A stretch of 64,000 nucleotides of DNA from Macrostomum lignano (Eukaryota): contig NIVC01002087.1 of the NCBI GenBank assembly GCA_002269645.1, forward strand, positions 141,949 through 205,948, in the 5' to 3' direction. Position numbers and translations under genes: made by a program. Under the pieces are notes generated by a model. The model did no database searches. It saw only the letters and a program-made list of their open reading frames with translations, and was not told where the DNA came from. Of the stretch, positions 1 through 11,600 are shown piece by piece; the stretch's first letter is position 1, and every line of letters begins with the position of its first letter.

Positions 1-86
1 TTAACCGCAGAGTGTAGATCAAATGTACATGGAGCAGGGGTAAGATGGTTCAAGTTCAACTCTACGAGAAGCGAACATTTCCGTAC

Positions 87-263
87 CCTAAAGTGCGCCT
101 GAGTCAGCAGCAGCCTCAGCTCCAGACAATCCTCCGCGGCTTCGGCGTTGCGACATTCTGTTAGAGCTTCGAGCACGTCTCGAGCTCGAGTAACAGCGTC
201 GTCTGGCACCTGGCCGCGAATTGCAGAGCTGCTCAAACTGCGACTGTTGATGTGGTCGTACAG
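87..263 (-). CDS. CASK: CASK exon 9, L27 region (LYDHINSRSL...DDAVTRARDVLEAL...LRLLLTQAHFR); gene continues off the left end of the window
   Basis: Matches CASK LYDKINTKSS...DAVQRAKEVLEEI...LKRILTQPHF. cgcag acceptor, GTACGG donor, phases 0/0. Confidence 0.92.
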
Positions 264-587
264 CTGCGAGTACAGAATTTAGGAGATAAGTGTTGAAGTA
301 CCGAGTTAGATAAAATCCACTGTACTAAAATATCAACTAAAGTCGCATGTCATGTTAAGCGAAATCATGATTCGCTATATATATTGTATTAAAAAAATCA
401 GATTCAGATAATCCATTAAAACAGAATTTACAATCTACCACATCTACTAATCCGCTACCCACAGGACGCACTAATCCCGAAAATGATTTTAATCTGTCTG
501 GCCGAACTAATAATCCAATATTTCAGGATTAAGCTGGATATTATTGTCAAAGGTATTAGAAAACAAACTAATACTACGAGTTCTCAC

Positions 588-704
588 CGCCAATTCTGGC
601 AGCTTATCCAAAGCGTCCGACATCAACAGTAGGGACAGGCATTCGAACACGCCTTTACGCAGAGCCACCAGTCTGGCCTGAAGTGGATCAGCCCTCTGGT
701 CCAT
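588..704 (-). CDS. Candidate alternative first CASK exon (MDQRADPLQARLVALRKGVFECLSLLLMSDALDKLPELA)
   Basis: ATG in gccATGG context; in-frame phase-0 donor GCG|GTGAGA, compatible with exon 9; weak resemblance to the exon 8 L27 helix. Confidence 0.4.
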
Positions 705-2354
705 GGCTTTCGCCTATATTTTAAGTCACAAAGCTTATTCTCTTCAAGCAAATCCAAGCAATGCACGGAAGCGCAAAGCTTTCTATTTATCTTTATCTTG
801 TCCATTTTTTTCTTTCAGCTAGTCTTCTCAACCTCCTGGAGAGAAATGATGCGATTGGGCGAAGAAGTTGAGGGGATTAAAGATTTGAGACACACAGCAG
901 CCCCGAATAGCCGCGACCAGAAGGACGCGAACAATTTTCGGGAAATGAGAAAGTTTTTTTCAATCAGTTTCCGAGTTCTTTCTCTCTTCCCCCGCCCCCT
1001 AGTGATCCCCAGACGAAGTTTCCAGCTATTAAATCGCAACCTCGGTCACGCGCCCCGTTCTCCAAATTTCTTCTGCAGTAGCCGATGGATGAGAAGCGAG
1101 GCACAAGAGGGATCTGGAGCGCGGAGGGTTCAAGAGCGATTCCTAGAAAACTAGATTCCGATTATCTCCCAGGCCAGCTCCCCACCCGTCTGATCCTCAA
1201 TCCACCCGCCCCCCCCCCTTTTACTGCTAATGACGCGGCCTGCCGCTTCAACGATCGCAAATTGGTTACGAAGCTGCGCTTCCCCCACTCACTTCGAATT
1301 CAGCCCCTAAACAGTCAATGGCATTTCGGGGGCCGACATTTTCTCTTCCAGGCGACAATGAGAGGCCGAGGGGGCGAGCTTTCTGAGACTGAATCGATTT
1401 CTTCTTCTATAAACTAAAAAAGAAGAAGGGCTTCTTCGCCCCATGTACTCCAGTTCCAGCCGCGCGGCGCACTGATTGAATTATACTAGACTTGTCCCGT
1501 GGACCAGTATAGTGCCGCCTATATGGACTGGCGGTTAGTAACAGGCATCGATTCTTTACAGCCAAATTGTCGGGAGAGAGACCTTCTTCTTCTTTTTCTC
1601 TAGCCTGCGCAATCAGTTGAAGGCGTGCCCATGCATTGAGAATTACATTTTTACACGAGCCTAGTAATTATAGGTGGGATATGCGGGATGAATTTGTGAG
1701 ACTAGCAGGCACGACCGAAGTAAGATGAATTCCGCCTATAGCTACTCACGTCACATCGGATTTGGCTCTTAAATCCGTCTCTCTATCTACTCCCCTTTAT
1801 AACGGGATTATTGTACTAATGATAAAAAAGCATGCACAACAATACAATCAGTGCCGGATTGGTTCAATTCATTCTTCATTTTTTCTCTTCACAATGCTAC
1901 AAGTTATAACACGCCTTCCATGGCTCAACTCTCTCTCTCCGGCTAGCTTTATCCGATCGTGCGTTTCGTTTGCATACAAATTGCTTTGGGGAGGACGGCC
2001 TGGACAGGGGATCTTTTGCTGGAGATATTGCTGTAGTGGATATTTCTAGTCTATAGCTGCTACATTTTGAATATTGTATACAGTACAGCACAGCTGCTTG
2101 ACAAGCATCATCTGCTTGGCAGAAGATGACGAGATGTAGCGTGTAGGGTAGCAATTATTTTTAACCCAACCGATGATGCGATACCGTTCTGATCAATCAA
2201 GTCCAGCTCGATTTCGATTATTATTTACTTTTAAACTGCTCCTGTTTGCTTTTTTGAATTCGGATTAGCAATCGAACTTTAATAGACGAGTTGAAGTGCG
2301 TGGAGTTTGCTTAGTTTTAGATACCCTCCTATTAAATTGAATAGTTGTAGATGG

Positions 2355-2630
2355 AAACAGCTGAAGACCGATTCTAAACAGCTGAAGACCTATCCTAAAC
2401 GGCTGAAGACCTATTCTAAACAGCTGAAGACCTATTCTATTCAGCTGAAGACCTATCCTAAACAGCTGAAGACCTATCCTAAACAGTTGGAGACCAATCC
2501 TAAACAGTTGAAGACCAATCCTAAACAGCTGAAGACCAATCCTAAACAGCTACTGAAAACCTATCCTAAACAGCTGAAGACCTATCCTAAACAGCTGAAG
2601 ACCTATCCTAAATAGCTCAAGACGTATCTT
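2355..2630 (+). repeat. 21-bp minisatellite CTATCCTAAACAGCTGAAGAC
   Basis: Direct reading; about 13 copies. Confidence 0.95.
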
Positions 2631-2771
2631 AAAAACGCCGAAGATCTACACGTACATGCAGCCTATTTTTTACAGGGAAAAAATATGAGACACCTGAAAG
2701 TAGACCTTAACACCAAGATGGAAAGCTGTCTAAAGCATCGATAAAAATTTTGGCGGCCTACTCGATACAAT

Positions 2772-3717
2772 CTACGAGTATAAACTAAAACCTGAGTCCA
2801 ACAGCCGGGACGAACCCACCATTCCCAACCGCTCCCAGATCCGTCCAACTCCAACAACGTCAATCGCTTCCCCGTCCAAGTCTCGAACAGACGGATACAT
2901 CGGCTGCTGCTGCTGCTGCTGCTCCTGCTGCTGCTGCTGCTGCTGTTTCTGCTGCTGTTTCTGCTGCCGCTTCAGCAGCGGCGTTGGTGGAAGCTCCGAA
3001 ATAGACGCCGACCGTTCTCCAGCCTCAGAATCTTCGGACAGCTCGTGCAGCCGCAGCTTGGAAGCGTTGATGACTCCGTACAACAGCATGACAGTGTCGC
3101 GGACGGAATCCATCGACATCAGGGCGGCGTCTTCGTCCAACGTGCTCAACTCTTCATCATCTTCACCATCGCCATCTTCTTCCTCCTCCTCGTCACCGTT
3201 GTCGCTGTAGTCGACTCTTTGATTTCCGATCATCTGTGAGCTGCCTGAAGCTGCGCGCATCGCTGGCATTGGCTGCGGTGGAGCCAGAGGCGCCTCGGAC
3301 AGCTCAGTCTCGGCCAGTACGGCCGAACCCGTCGAAGCCGCGTCGTCCGTTCGTCCGGCAACAACAACCACGCCGTTGTTATCCTCGTCGTCAAGTACAT
3401 TGTTTTCGCAGTCCCCTACTTCTGCGGCCGTTGCGTTGCCGTTGACTCCGGTCAAAAAGCCGAACCTGCGAACCGGGGTGGACGCTGATGAGGCCAGATC
3501 GCGACGATTGGCGTTTAGACAACCGGAACTGTGATGATAAGTGCACGTGCACCGCTGCTGGTGCTGGTGCTGATGCTGATGCTGGTAGTGTTGAGGCTGT
3601 TGAGGATGCTGCAGACGATGATGCGGCTGAGCATAGGGAAGTTGAGGATTTCGACGATTAAGTAAGATGCCATGTTGCATCTGGTGCTGCTGCTGAAGTT
3701 GTTGCTGATGTTGCTGA

Positions 3718-3758
<41 letters not shown>

Positions 3759-4271
3759 TTGTTGTTGTCGGAAACCGAACGATGTTGAGGCTGTGTCAAC
3801 GTCCAAATAATCGCTAGCCGATTGGGCATCAGCGATGCTCCAGGAGGCTGGCAGCGTCATCGGTTGGGAGGCGGCGAGCGCCAATCTTAAAGGGTCGACG
3901 TCGCCACCGGCACCAACAACGGAGCCTCTGCCGCTGCCGCACGTACAGGGAAGCAGCTGGTTCTGCTGATGCTGTTGCTGCTGCATCATCAGCATCATCT
4001 CGTGATGGTATTGCTGCTGTTGATGCTGACGGTGCCGGGATTCGTTGTTGCTGACCAACACGGAGCCGGCTGAACCGCGCCATTGCATCGGCTGCATCGG
4101 CGGCGGAGGCGGAGGCGGCGGCGGCGTCAGACCTTCGTCGTCGGGGTCGGCATCGTCAGCAAATTCCGGCGGAGGCGGCGGCATCGCCTGAGCTGCGGCG
4201 GCTGCCGCTAAAGAGTAGCGAAGAGCCTCCACGACGCTGTCCCAGTCCCACAGCTGCTGCTGGCGTTGCAT
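2772..4271 (-). CDS. Gln/His/Pro-rich ~500-aa ORF in CASK intron 8; either a nested intronless gene or an alternative CASK first exon (donor after 2820)
   Basis: Uninterrupted 1.5-kb GC-rich ORF with ATG at 4271; polyQ, polyP, HQ and acidic tracts; in-frame ATG|GTGGGT donor at 2820/2819. Confidence 0.7.
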
Positions 4272-4808
4272 GTTGCAACTCCCTGGCAACTCACAACTCG
4301 GAGTTCACACTTCAATAAACTTTTCTATTTCTGTGTTCGGCTGATAAAATATCTGCCTAGCCTATAAAGAAATTTTTATATACAGCTAGCTTATGACGAG
4401 TTGTTTTAAATAAAGTTTTGCTCGCTCCATTGGCCAACCGAGCAGCTTCGAGGCGAACCGGCGATAGCTATAGAAACGGAAACTTATATTTCTAACAGTT
4501 GAAGCAGGGCCTAGCATGGAGAGAAGTAAAAAAGTGTATTGGGAGGGGGAATAGAGGGGCCTAACGAACTGGTTCCTGAGTGAGATAACGGGTCTCCGGG
4601 ATCTCGGGATAGGCTGCTGGGATAACCGCTTATCCCCGTTCTCCCACGCACTCCTTTCTCCCCTTCCTCCTTTGGCCCTCACCCATCGTTCGGTGGGTTT
4701 CCCTGCCTTCTATAATTCCCTCTTCTAGAAGAGGAAACGGCTTAGCAAAATAAACTGCCTTATACCTGAGACGGGCGGCTTGGTCCGACGCCTGCATGGT
4801 GGCGGATA

Positions 4809-5027
4809 TTAAACAGGATTTTCATCAACTCGCGGCGCCGTCCCTCCCCCTTTTTCTTGTTTCGTTTCCATCTCCTGTGCAATATTATCTTCATCATGAT
4901 CATGATCAGCATCCTCTTCTACTTCTTCTGTGTAATTCCCTTGACGAGCTGAGGCTAAAATCAAGGTAGACAGGAGTTCAATAAGCAGCAGCCATCGAAT
5001 GACGCGCAGAGCTAATGGGCTGTGCAT
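4809..5027 (-). CDS. Small ORF with signal-peptide-like N-terminus and acidic/His tail (72 aa)
   Basis: Basic-hydrophobic N-terminus (MHSPLALRVIRWLLLIELLSTLILASA) followed by EEVEEDADHDHDED. No homology recognised. Confidence 0.3.
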   Translation of the reverse strand: MHSPLALRVIRWLLLIELLSTLILASARQGNYTEEVEEDADHDHDEDNIAQEMETKQEKGGGTAPRVDENPV

Positions 5028-5164
5028 TTTTAAGAGTTCTATCCACTGCTATGGATATAGTAAGATAAAACAGATACGAACTATTTTTGGATGAATACTT
5101 AAAAGTTCAGATTTTGATCAGTCTTCGCATTAAGTAAACGAGGCTCAATGAAGACAGATACAGC

Positions 5165-7752
5165 GTCTTACTCTAGATTTTAGCGTCAATATAGCGTCTT
5201 ATTCTAGATTTTAGCGCCAATATAGTGTCTTACTCTAGATTTTAGCGCCAATATAGTGTCTTACTCTAGATTTTAGTTACTCTAGATTTTAGCGCCAATA
5301 TAGTGTCTTACTCTAGATTTTAGCGCCAATATAGTGTCTTACTCTAGATTTTAGCGCCAATATAGTGTCTTACTCTAGATTTTAGCGCCAATATAGTGTC
5401 TTACTCTAGATTTTAGCGCCAATATAGTGTCTTACTCTAGATTTTAGCGCCAATATAGTGTCTTACTCTAGATTTTAGCGCCAATATAGAGTCTTAATCT
5501 AGATTTTAGCGCCAATATAGTGTCTTACTCTAGATTTTAGCGCCAATATAGTGTCTTACTCTAGATTTTAGCGCCAATATAGTGTCTTACTCTAGATTTT
5601 AGCGCCAATATAGTGTCTTACTCTAGAGTTTAGCACTAGTATAGCCTTGCCCTAGATATAGAGTCTTACTCTAGATTTTAGTGCCGATATAGAGTCTTAC
5701 TCTAGATTTTAGTGCCGATATAGAGTCTTACTCTAGATTTTAGTGCCGATATAGAGTCTTACTCTAGATTTTAGTGCCGATATAGAGTCTTACTCTAGAT
5801 TTTAGTACCAATATAGTGTCTTACTCTAGATTTTAGTACCAATATAGTGTCTTACTCTAGATTTTAGCGCCAATATAGTGTCTTACTCTAGATTTTAGCG
5901 CCAATATAGTGTCTTACTCTAGATTTTAGCGCCAATATAGTGTCTTACTCTAGATTTTAGCGCCAATATAGTGTCTTACTCTAGATTTTAGCGCCAATAT
6001 AGTGTCTTACTCTAGATTTTAGCGCCAATATAGAGTCTTAATCTAGATTTTAGCGCCAATATAGTGTCTTACTCTAGATTTTAGCGCCAATATAGTGTCT
6101 TACTCTAGATTTTAGCGCCAATATAGTGTCTTACTCTAGATTTTAGCGCCAATATAGTGTCTTACTCTAGAGTTTAGCACTAGTATAGCATCTTGCCCTA
6201 GATTTTAGCGCCAATATAGAGTCTTACTCTAGATTTTAGTGCCGATATAGAGTCTTACTCTAGATTTTAGTGCCGATATAGAGTCTTACTCTAGATTTTA
6301 GTGCCGATATAGAGTCTTACTCTAGATTTTAGTGCCGATATAGAGTCTTACTCTAGATTTTAGTACCAATATAGTGTCTTACTCTAGATTTTAGCGCCAA
6401 TATAGTGTCTTACTCTAGATTTTAGCGCCAATATAGTGTCTTACTCTAGATTTTAGCGCCAATATAGTGTCTTACTCTAGATTTTAGCGCCAATATAGAG
6501 TCTTACTCTAGATTTTAGCGCCAATATAGAGTCTTAATCTAGATTTTAGCGCCGATATAGAGTCTTACTCTAGATTTTAGTGCCGATATAGAGTCTTACT
6601 CTAGATTTTAGTGCCGATATAGAGTCTTACTCTAGATTTTAGTGCCGATATAGAGTCTTACTCTAGATTTTAGTACCAATATAGTGTCTTACTCTAGATT
6701 TTAGTGCAGATATAGTGTCTTACTCTAGATTTTAGCGCCAATATAGTGTCTTACTCTAGATTTTAGCGCCAATATAGTGTCTTACTCTAGATTTTAGCGC
6801 CAATATAGTGTCTTACTCTAGATTTTAGTACCAATATAGTGTCTTACTCTAGATTTTAGCGCCAATATAGTGTCTTACTCTAGATTTTAGCGCCAATATA
6901 GTGTCTTACTCTAGATTTTAGTACCGATATAGTGTCTTACTCTAGATTTTAGTACCGATATAGTGTCTTACTCTAGATTTTAGTACCAATATAGTGTCTT
7001 ACTCTAGATTTTAGCGCCAATATAGTGTCTTACTCTAGATTTTAGCGCCAATATAGTGTCTTACTCTAGATTTTAGCGCCAATATAGTGTCTTACTCTAG
7101 ATTTTAGTACCGATATAGTGTCTTACTCTAGATTTTAGTACCAATATAGTGTCTTACTCTAGATTTTAGTGCAGATATAGAGTCTTACTCTAGATTTTAG
7201 CGCCAATATAGTGTCTTACTCTAGATTTTAGCGCCAATATAGTGTCTTACTCTAGATTTTAGCGCCAATATAGTGTCTTACTCTAGATTTTAGCGCCAAT
7301 ATAGAGTCTTACTCTAGAGTTTAGCACTAGTATAGCATCTTGCTCTAGATTTTAGCGCCAATATAGAGTCTTACTCTAGATTTTAGTGCCGATATAGAGT
7401 CTTACTCTAGATTTTAGTGCCGATATAGAGTCTTACTCTAGATTTTAGTGCAGATATAGGGCCGTATGCAGAAAGCTCTGTCTAGGGTAGTCCGGTCTTG
7501 AAAAGCTAGTCTGGACTTGGATTTGGTATGCAGAAACACAAAGTTAGACCGGTCTACTATAGCAGAACTAGGGTAGCTAGACCATAGACTATAGACTGAA
7601 CTACCCTAGTCCGGACTAGCTATTCTGGACTAGGCTTTCTGCATACGGCCCATAGAGTCTTACTCTAGATTTTAGTGCAGATATAGAGTCTTACTCTAGA
7701 TTTTAGTGCAGATATAGAGTCTTACTCTAGATTTTAGCGCCAATATAGTGTC
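5165..7752 (+). repeat. 31-bp minisatellite TATAGTGTCTTACTCTAGATTTTAGCGCCAA
   Basis: About 2.5 kb of near-identical units with recurring variant blocks; interrupted by the MITE at 7459-7651. Confidence 0.97.
7459..7651. mobile_element. 193-bp MITE (PIF/Harbinger-Tourist-like) inserted in the 31-bp minisatellite
   Basis: Perfect 18-bp TIR GGGCCGTATGCAGAAAGC and a 3-bp ATA TSD; the array resumes in register. Family is inferred from the GGG terminus and 3-bp TSD. Confidence 0.82.
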
Positions 7753-8363
7753 CTCCAATATACTAAAAATGAAAATCTTGCTTGCTTGTAATCGATTACA
7801 GAAAAAATGGCTTAACCGATTTTCATGAGACTTGCACTGTTCGATCAGAAATTTTCCCGTGACTGTACATGCATCGTGGCTAAGAAATTGCTCGATGCTA
7901 AAGGCATTAAATACTCGAAAAACATGCTTTTTTGCAAAGGTCAAGCAAACTTTTCGACTTGAAATGCATTGTAAGAATGCTAGAGAAAAAACTGACTGGT
8001 TGAATTCTGATTCTGAAATAGATTGCATCATAACTGAATTGTAACTCCGACTTGAATTGAAAATGCAGTGTGGAAGCGTAGCACCAGACTTGATTTAAAT
8101 TGCGTAACCATATTGTTAACTGATACTGACTGACTGAGAAACTGATTATGTCATAACTGCTTCGTGTGATTTACTCTATGCTTGGATTTTAAAGTGTTGA
8201 ATTATATGAGTGCAAAATTTGATGTTATCAAAACGATGAGAGCTAGCCTAGAGGTGAACAAACTGAACTGCTAAATGCAGCGACGATGGTTCGAATTTTC
8301 ATAGAGTATAATTTTTTTAATTAAAGCTTTTCAACGTCAAAAAAACTAAAAGACTTTTTAAAA

Positions 8364-10565
8364 AGAGCGTCATGTAAAAATCATAGAAGCGTCATGTAAA
8401 AAATCATAGAAGCGTCATGTAAACAATCATAGAAGCGTCATGTAAAAAATCATAAAAGCGTCATGTAAAAATCATAAAAGCGTCATGTAAAAATCATAGA
8501 AGCGTCATTTAAAAAAATCATAGAAGCGTCATGTAAACAATCATAGAAGCGTCATGTAAACAATCATAGAAGCGTCATGTAAAAAATCGTAAAAGCGTCG
8601 TTTAAAAATCATAGAAGCGTCATGTAAAAAATCGTAAAAGCGTCGTTTAAAAATCATAGAAGCGTCATGTAAAAAATCATAGAAGCGTCATGTAAACAAT
8701 CATAGAAGCGTCATGTAAACAATCATAGAAGCGTCATGTAAACAATCATAGAAGCGTCATGTAAACAATCATAGAAGCGTCATTTAAAAATCATAGATGC
8801 GTCATTTAAAAAATCATAGAAGTGTCATGTAAAAAATCATAGAAGCGTCATGTAAACAATCATAGAAGCGTCATTTAAAAATCATAGAAGCGTCATGTAA
8901 AAAATCATAGAAGCGTCATGTAAACAATCATAGAAGCATCATTTAAAAAATCATAGAAGCGTCATATAAAAATCATAGATGCGTCATTTAAAAAATCGTA
9001 GAAGCGTCATGTAAACAATCATAGAAGCGTCATGTAAAAAATCATAGAAGCGTCGTTTAAAAATCATAGAAGCGTCATTTAAAAAATCATAGAAGCGTCA
9101 TGTAAACAATCATAGAAGCGTCATGTAAAAAATCGTAGAAGCGTCATGTAAAAAATCCTAGAAGCGTCATGTAAACAATCATAGAAGCGTCATGTAAACA
9201 ATCATAGAAGCGTCATGTAAACAATCATAGAAGCGTCATGTAAACAATCATAGAAGCGTCATGTAAAAAATCATAAAAGCGTCATGTAAAAATCATAAAA
9301 GCGTCATGTAAAAATCATAGAAGCGTCATTTAATAAAATCATAGAAGCGTCATGTAAACAATCATAGAAGCGTCATGTAAACAATCATAGAAGCGTCATG
9401 TAAAAAATCGTAAAAGCGTCGTTTAAAAATCATAGAAGCGTCATGTAAAAAATCGTAAAAGCGTCGTTTAAAAATCATAGAAGCGTCATGTAAAAAATCA
9501 TAGAAGCGTCATGTAAACAATCATAGAAGCGTCATGTAAACAATCATAGAAGCGTCATGTAAACAATCATAGAAGCGTCATGTAAACAATCATAGAAGCG
9601 TCATTTAAAAATCATAGATGCGTCATTTAAAAAATCATAGAAGTGTCATGTAAAAAGTCATAGAAGCGTCATGTAAACAATCATAGAAGCGTCATTTAAA
9701 AATCATAGAAGCGTCATGTAAAAAATCATAGAAGCGTCATGTAAACAATCATAGAAGCATCATTTAAAAAATCATAGAAGCGTCATATAAAAATCATAGA
9801 TGCGTCATTTAAAAAATCGTAGAAGCGTCATGTAAACAATCATAGAAGCGTCATGTAAAAAATCATAGAAGCGTCATATAAAAATCATAGAAGCGTCATT
9901 TAAAAAATCATAGAAGCGTCATGTAAACAATCATAGAAGCGTCATGTAAAAAATCGTAGAAGCGTCATGTAAAAAATCCTAGAAGCGTCATGTAAACAAT
10001 CATAGAAGCGTCATGTAAACAATCATAGAAGCGTCATGTAAACAATCATAGAAGCGTCATGTAAACAATCATAGAAGAGTCATGTAAACAATCATAGAAG
10101 CGTCATGTAAAAAATCATAGAAGCGTCATGTAAACAATCATAGAAGCGTCATGTAAAAAATCATAGAAGCGTCATGTAAACAATCATAGAAGCGTCATGT
10201 AAAAAATCATAGAAGCGTCATGTAAAAATCATAGAAGCGTCATGAAAAAATCATAGAAGCGTCATGTAAAAATCATAGAAGCGTCATGAAAAAATCATAG
10301 AAGCGTCATGTAAAAATCATAGAAGCGTCATGTAAAAAATCATAAAAGCGTCATGAAAAAATCATAGAAGCGTCATGCAAGCAATCATAGAAGCGTCATG
10401 TAAACAATAATAGAAGCGTCATGAAAAGATCATAGAAGCCTCATATAAAAACTAATGGAAGTGTCATTTGATAAATCATAGAAGCGTCATGGAAGAATAA
10501 AAGAAGCGTCATGTAAAAATCAAAATAAGCGTAATGTCAGACATGAAAGAAGTGTCATGTAAAAA
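8364..10565 (+). repeat. ~23-bp minisatellite AATCATAGAAGCGTCATGTAAA(A/C)
   Basis: Direct reading; ~820-bp block duplication (8441 vs 9261); degenerates toward the right edge. Confidence 0.96.
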
Positions 10566-10569
10566 TTAA

Positions 10570-11600
10570 ATGAAGCTATTGTGCTGTGCTGGGGAGAATT
10601 ACTAAGATGTCAAGGCTCACGGAGAATAACTGAGATTATGGGGAGGGGGTTTCTGAGATGTCAGAGAAGCAAAGAAGCAAACGTCAGAAGCTACTTCAAA
10701 GTACATGTAGTTTACTCAATATTTTATTACATTCTTTGTTGGCTCGCTACGGGGGGCGCTGATAGAAGAAGAGTCATGTAAAAAAGAAAAGAAGCACTAT
10801 GTGTACATAAAAGAAGAGTCATTATGTCAAAGTTAAAAGATTCATTTGGGAATTGCTACGATGCCAAGGCTTGGAGGGAATCGCTATAGTGCTGTGATTC
10901 TTAAATAAGGAATCACTAAAATGTCAAGGCTTAGGGCAGAAGAATTGCTGAGATTCAAGGCTTTAGGTTGGGTTAAAGTTAGGCTTAGGTCAGGTTTGGG
11001 TTGAGGGTTAGATTTTAGCGGGTTTCAAGATAAACAGGGGATTTTTCAGATATCAAGGTTTATGGGGGGCATCGCTGACATGTCAAGGCTTACGGGGGGA
11101 ATAGCTGAGATGTCAAGGCTCACGGGGGAATAACTGAGATGTCAAGGCTAAATTCACAAGCTACATGTAGTTTATTGAAAAATGTTTTCATTATTTGTTG
11201 GCTCTTCACGGGAAGGATCGCTGATAGATAAAGTGTAATGTAAAAAATAAAAGAAGCTTCATGTCGAAGTTAAGAGATTCATTTGGGAATCCCTACGATG
11301 TCGAGGCTTGCAGGGAATCGCTATAATGCTGTAGTGCTATAATGACTCTCGGAGAGAATTACTGAAATGTCAATGCTTTAAGGTTAGGGTTAGGGTTAGA
11401 AGGTTAACAGATTTTTTAAGATTTCAAGGCTTATGGGGGGAATTGCTGAGATGTCAAGGGGGAGTTGATATGCTAAGGCTTGTGGGGGGGATTGCTGACA
11501 TGTCAAGGCTTACAAGGGGTTGCTGAGGTATAATGCAAAGAGACGCTTACATGTAGTTTATTAAAAAACTTGTGCTGTATTTTTTTGGCTCCCCAACGGG
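10570..11600 (+). repeat. Old diverged ~400-460-bp tandem repeat (2-3 copies)
   Basis: TACATGTAGTTTA...TTGGCTC...GCTGAT recurs at ~10700, ~11160 and ~11548; GAGATGTCAAGGCT sub-repeats. Confidence 0.7.

Noticed and set aside
1897-2154. Cys-containing 85-aa ORF resembling a secreted peptide
   Set aside because: TTG start, weak hydrophobic leader, no usable splice sites or homology recognised.
11381-11399. TTAGGG repeats as an interstitial telomere
   Set aside because: Fewer than three copies, embedded in a degenerate repeat.
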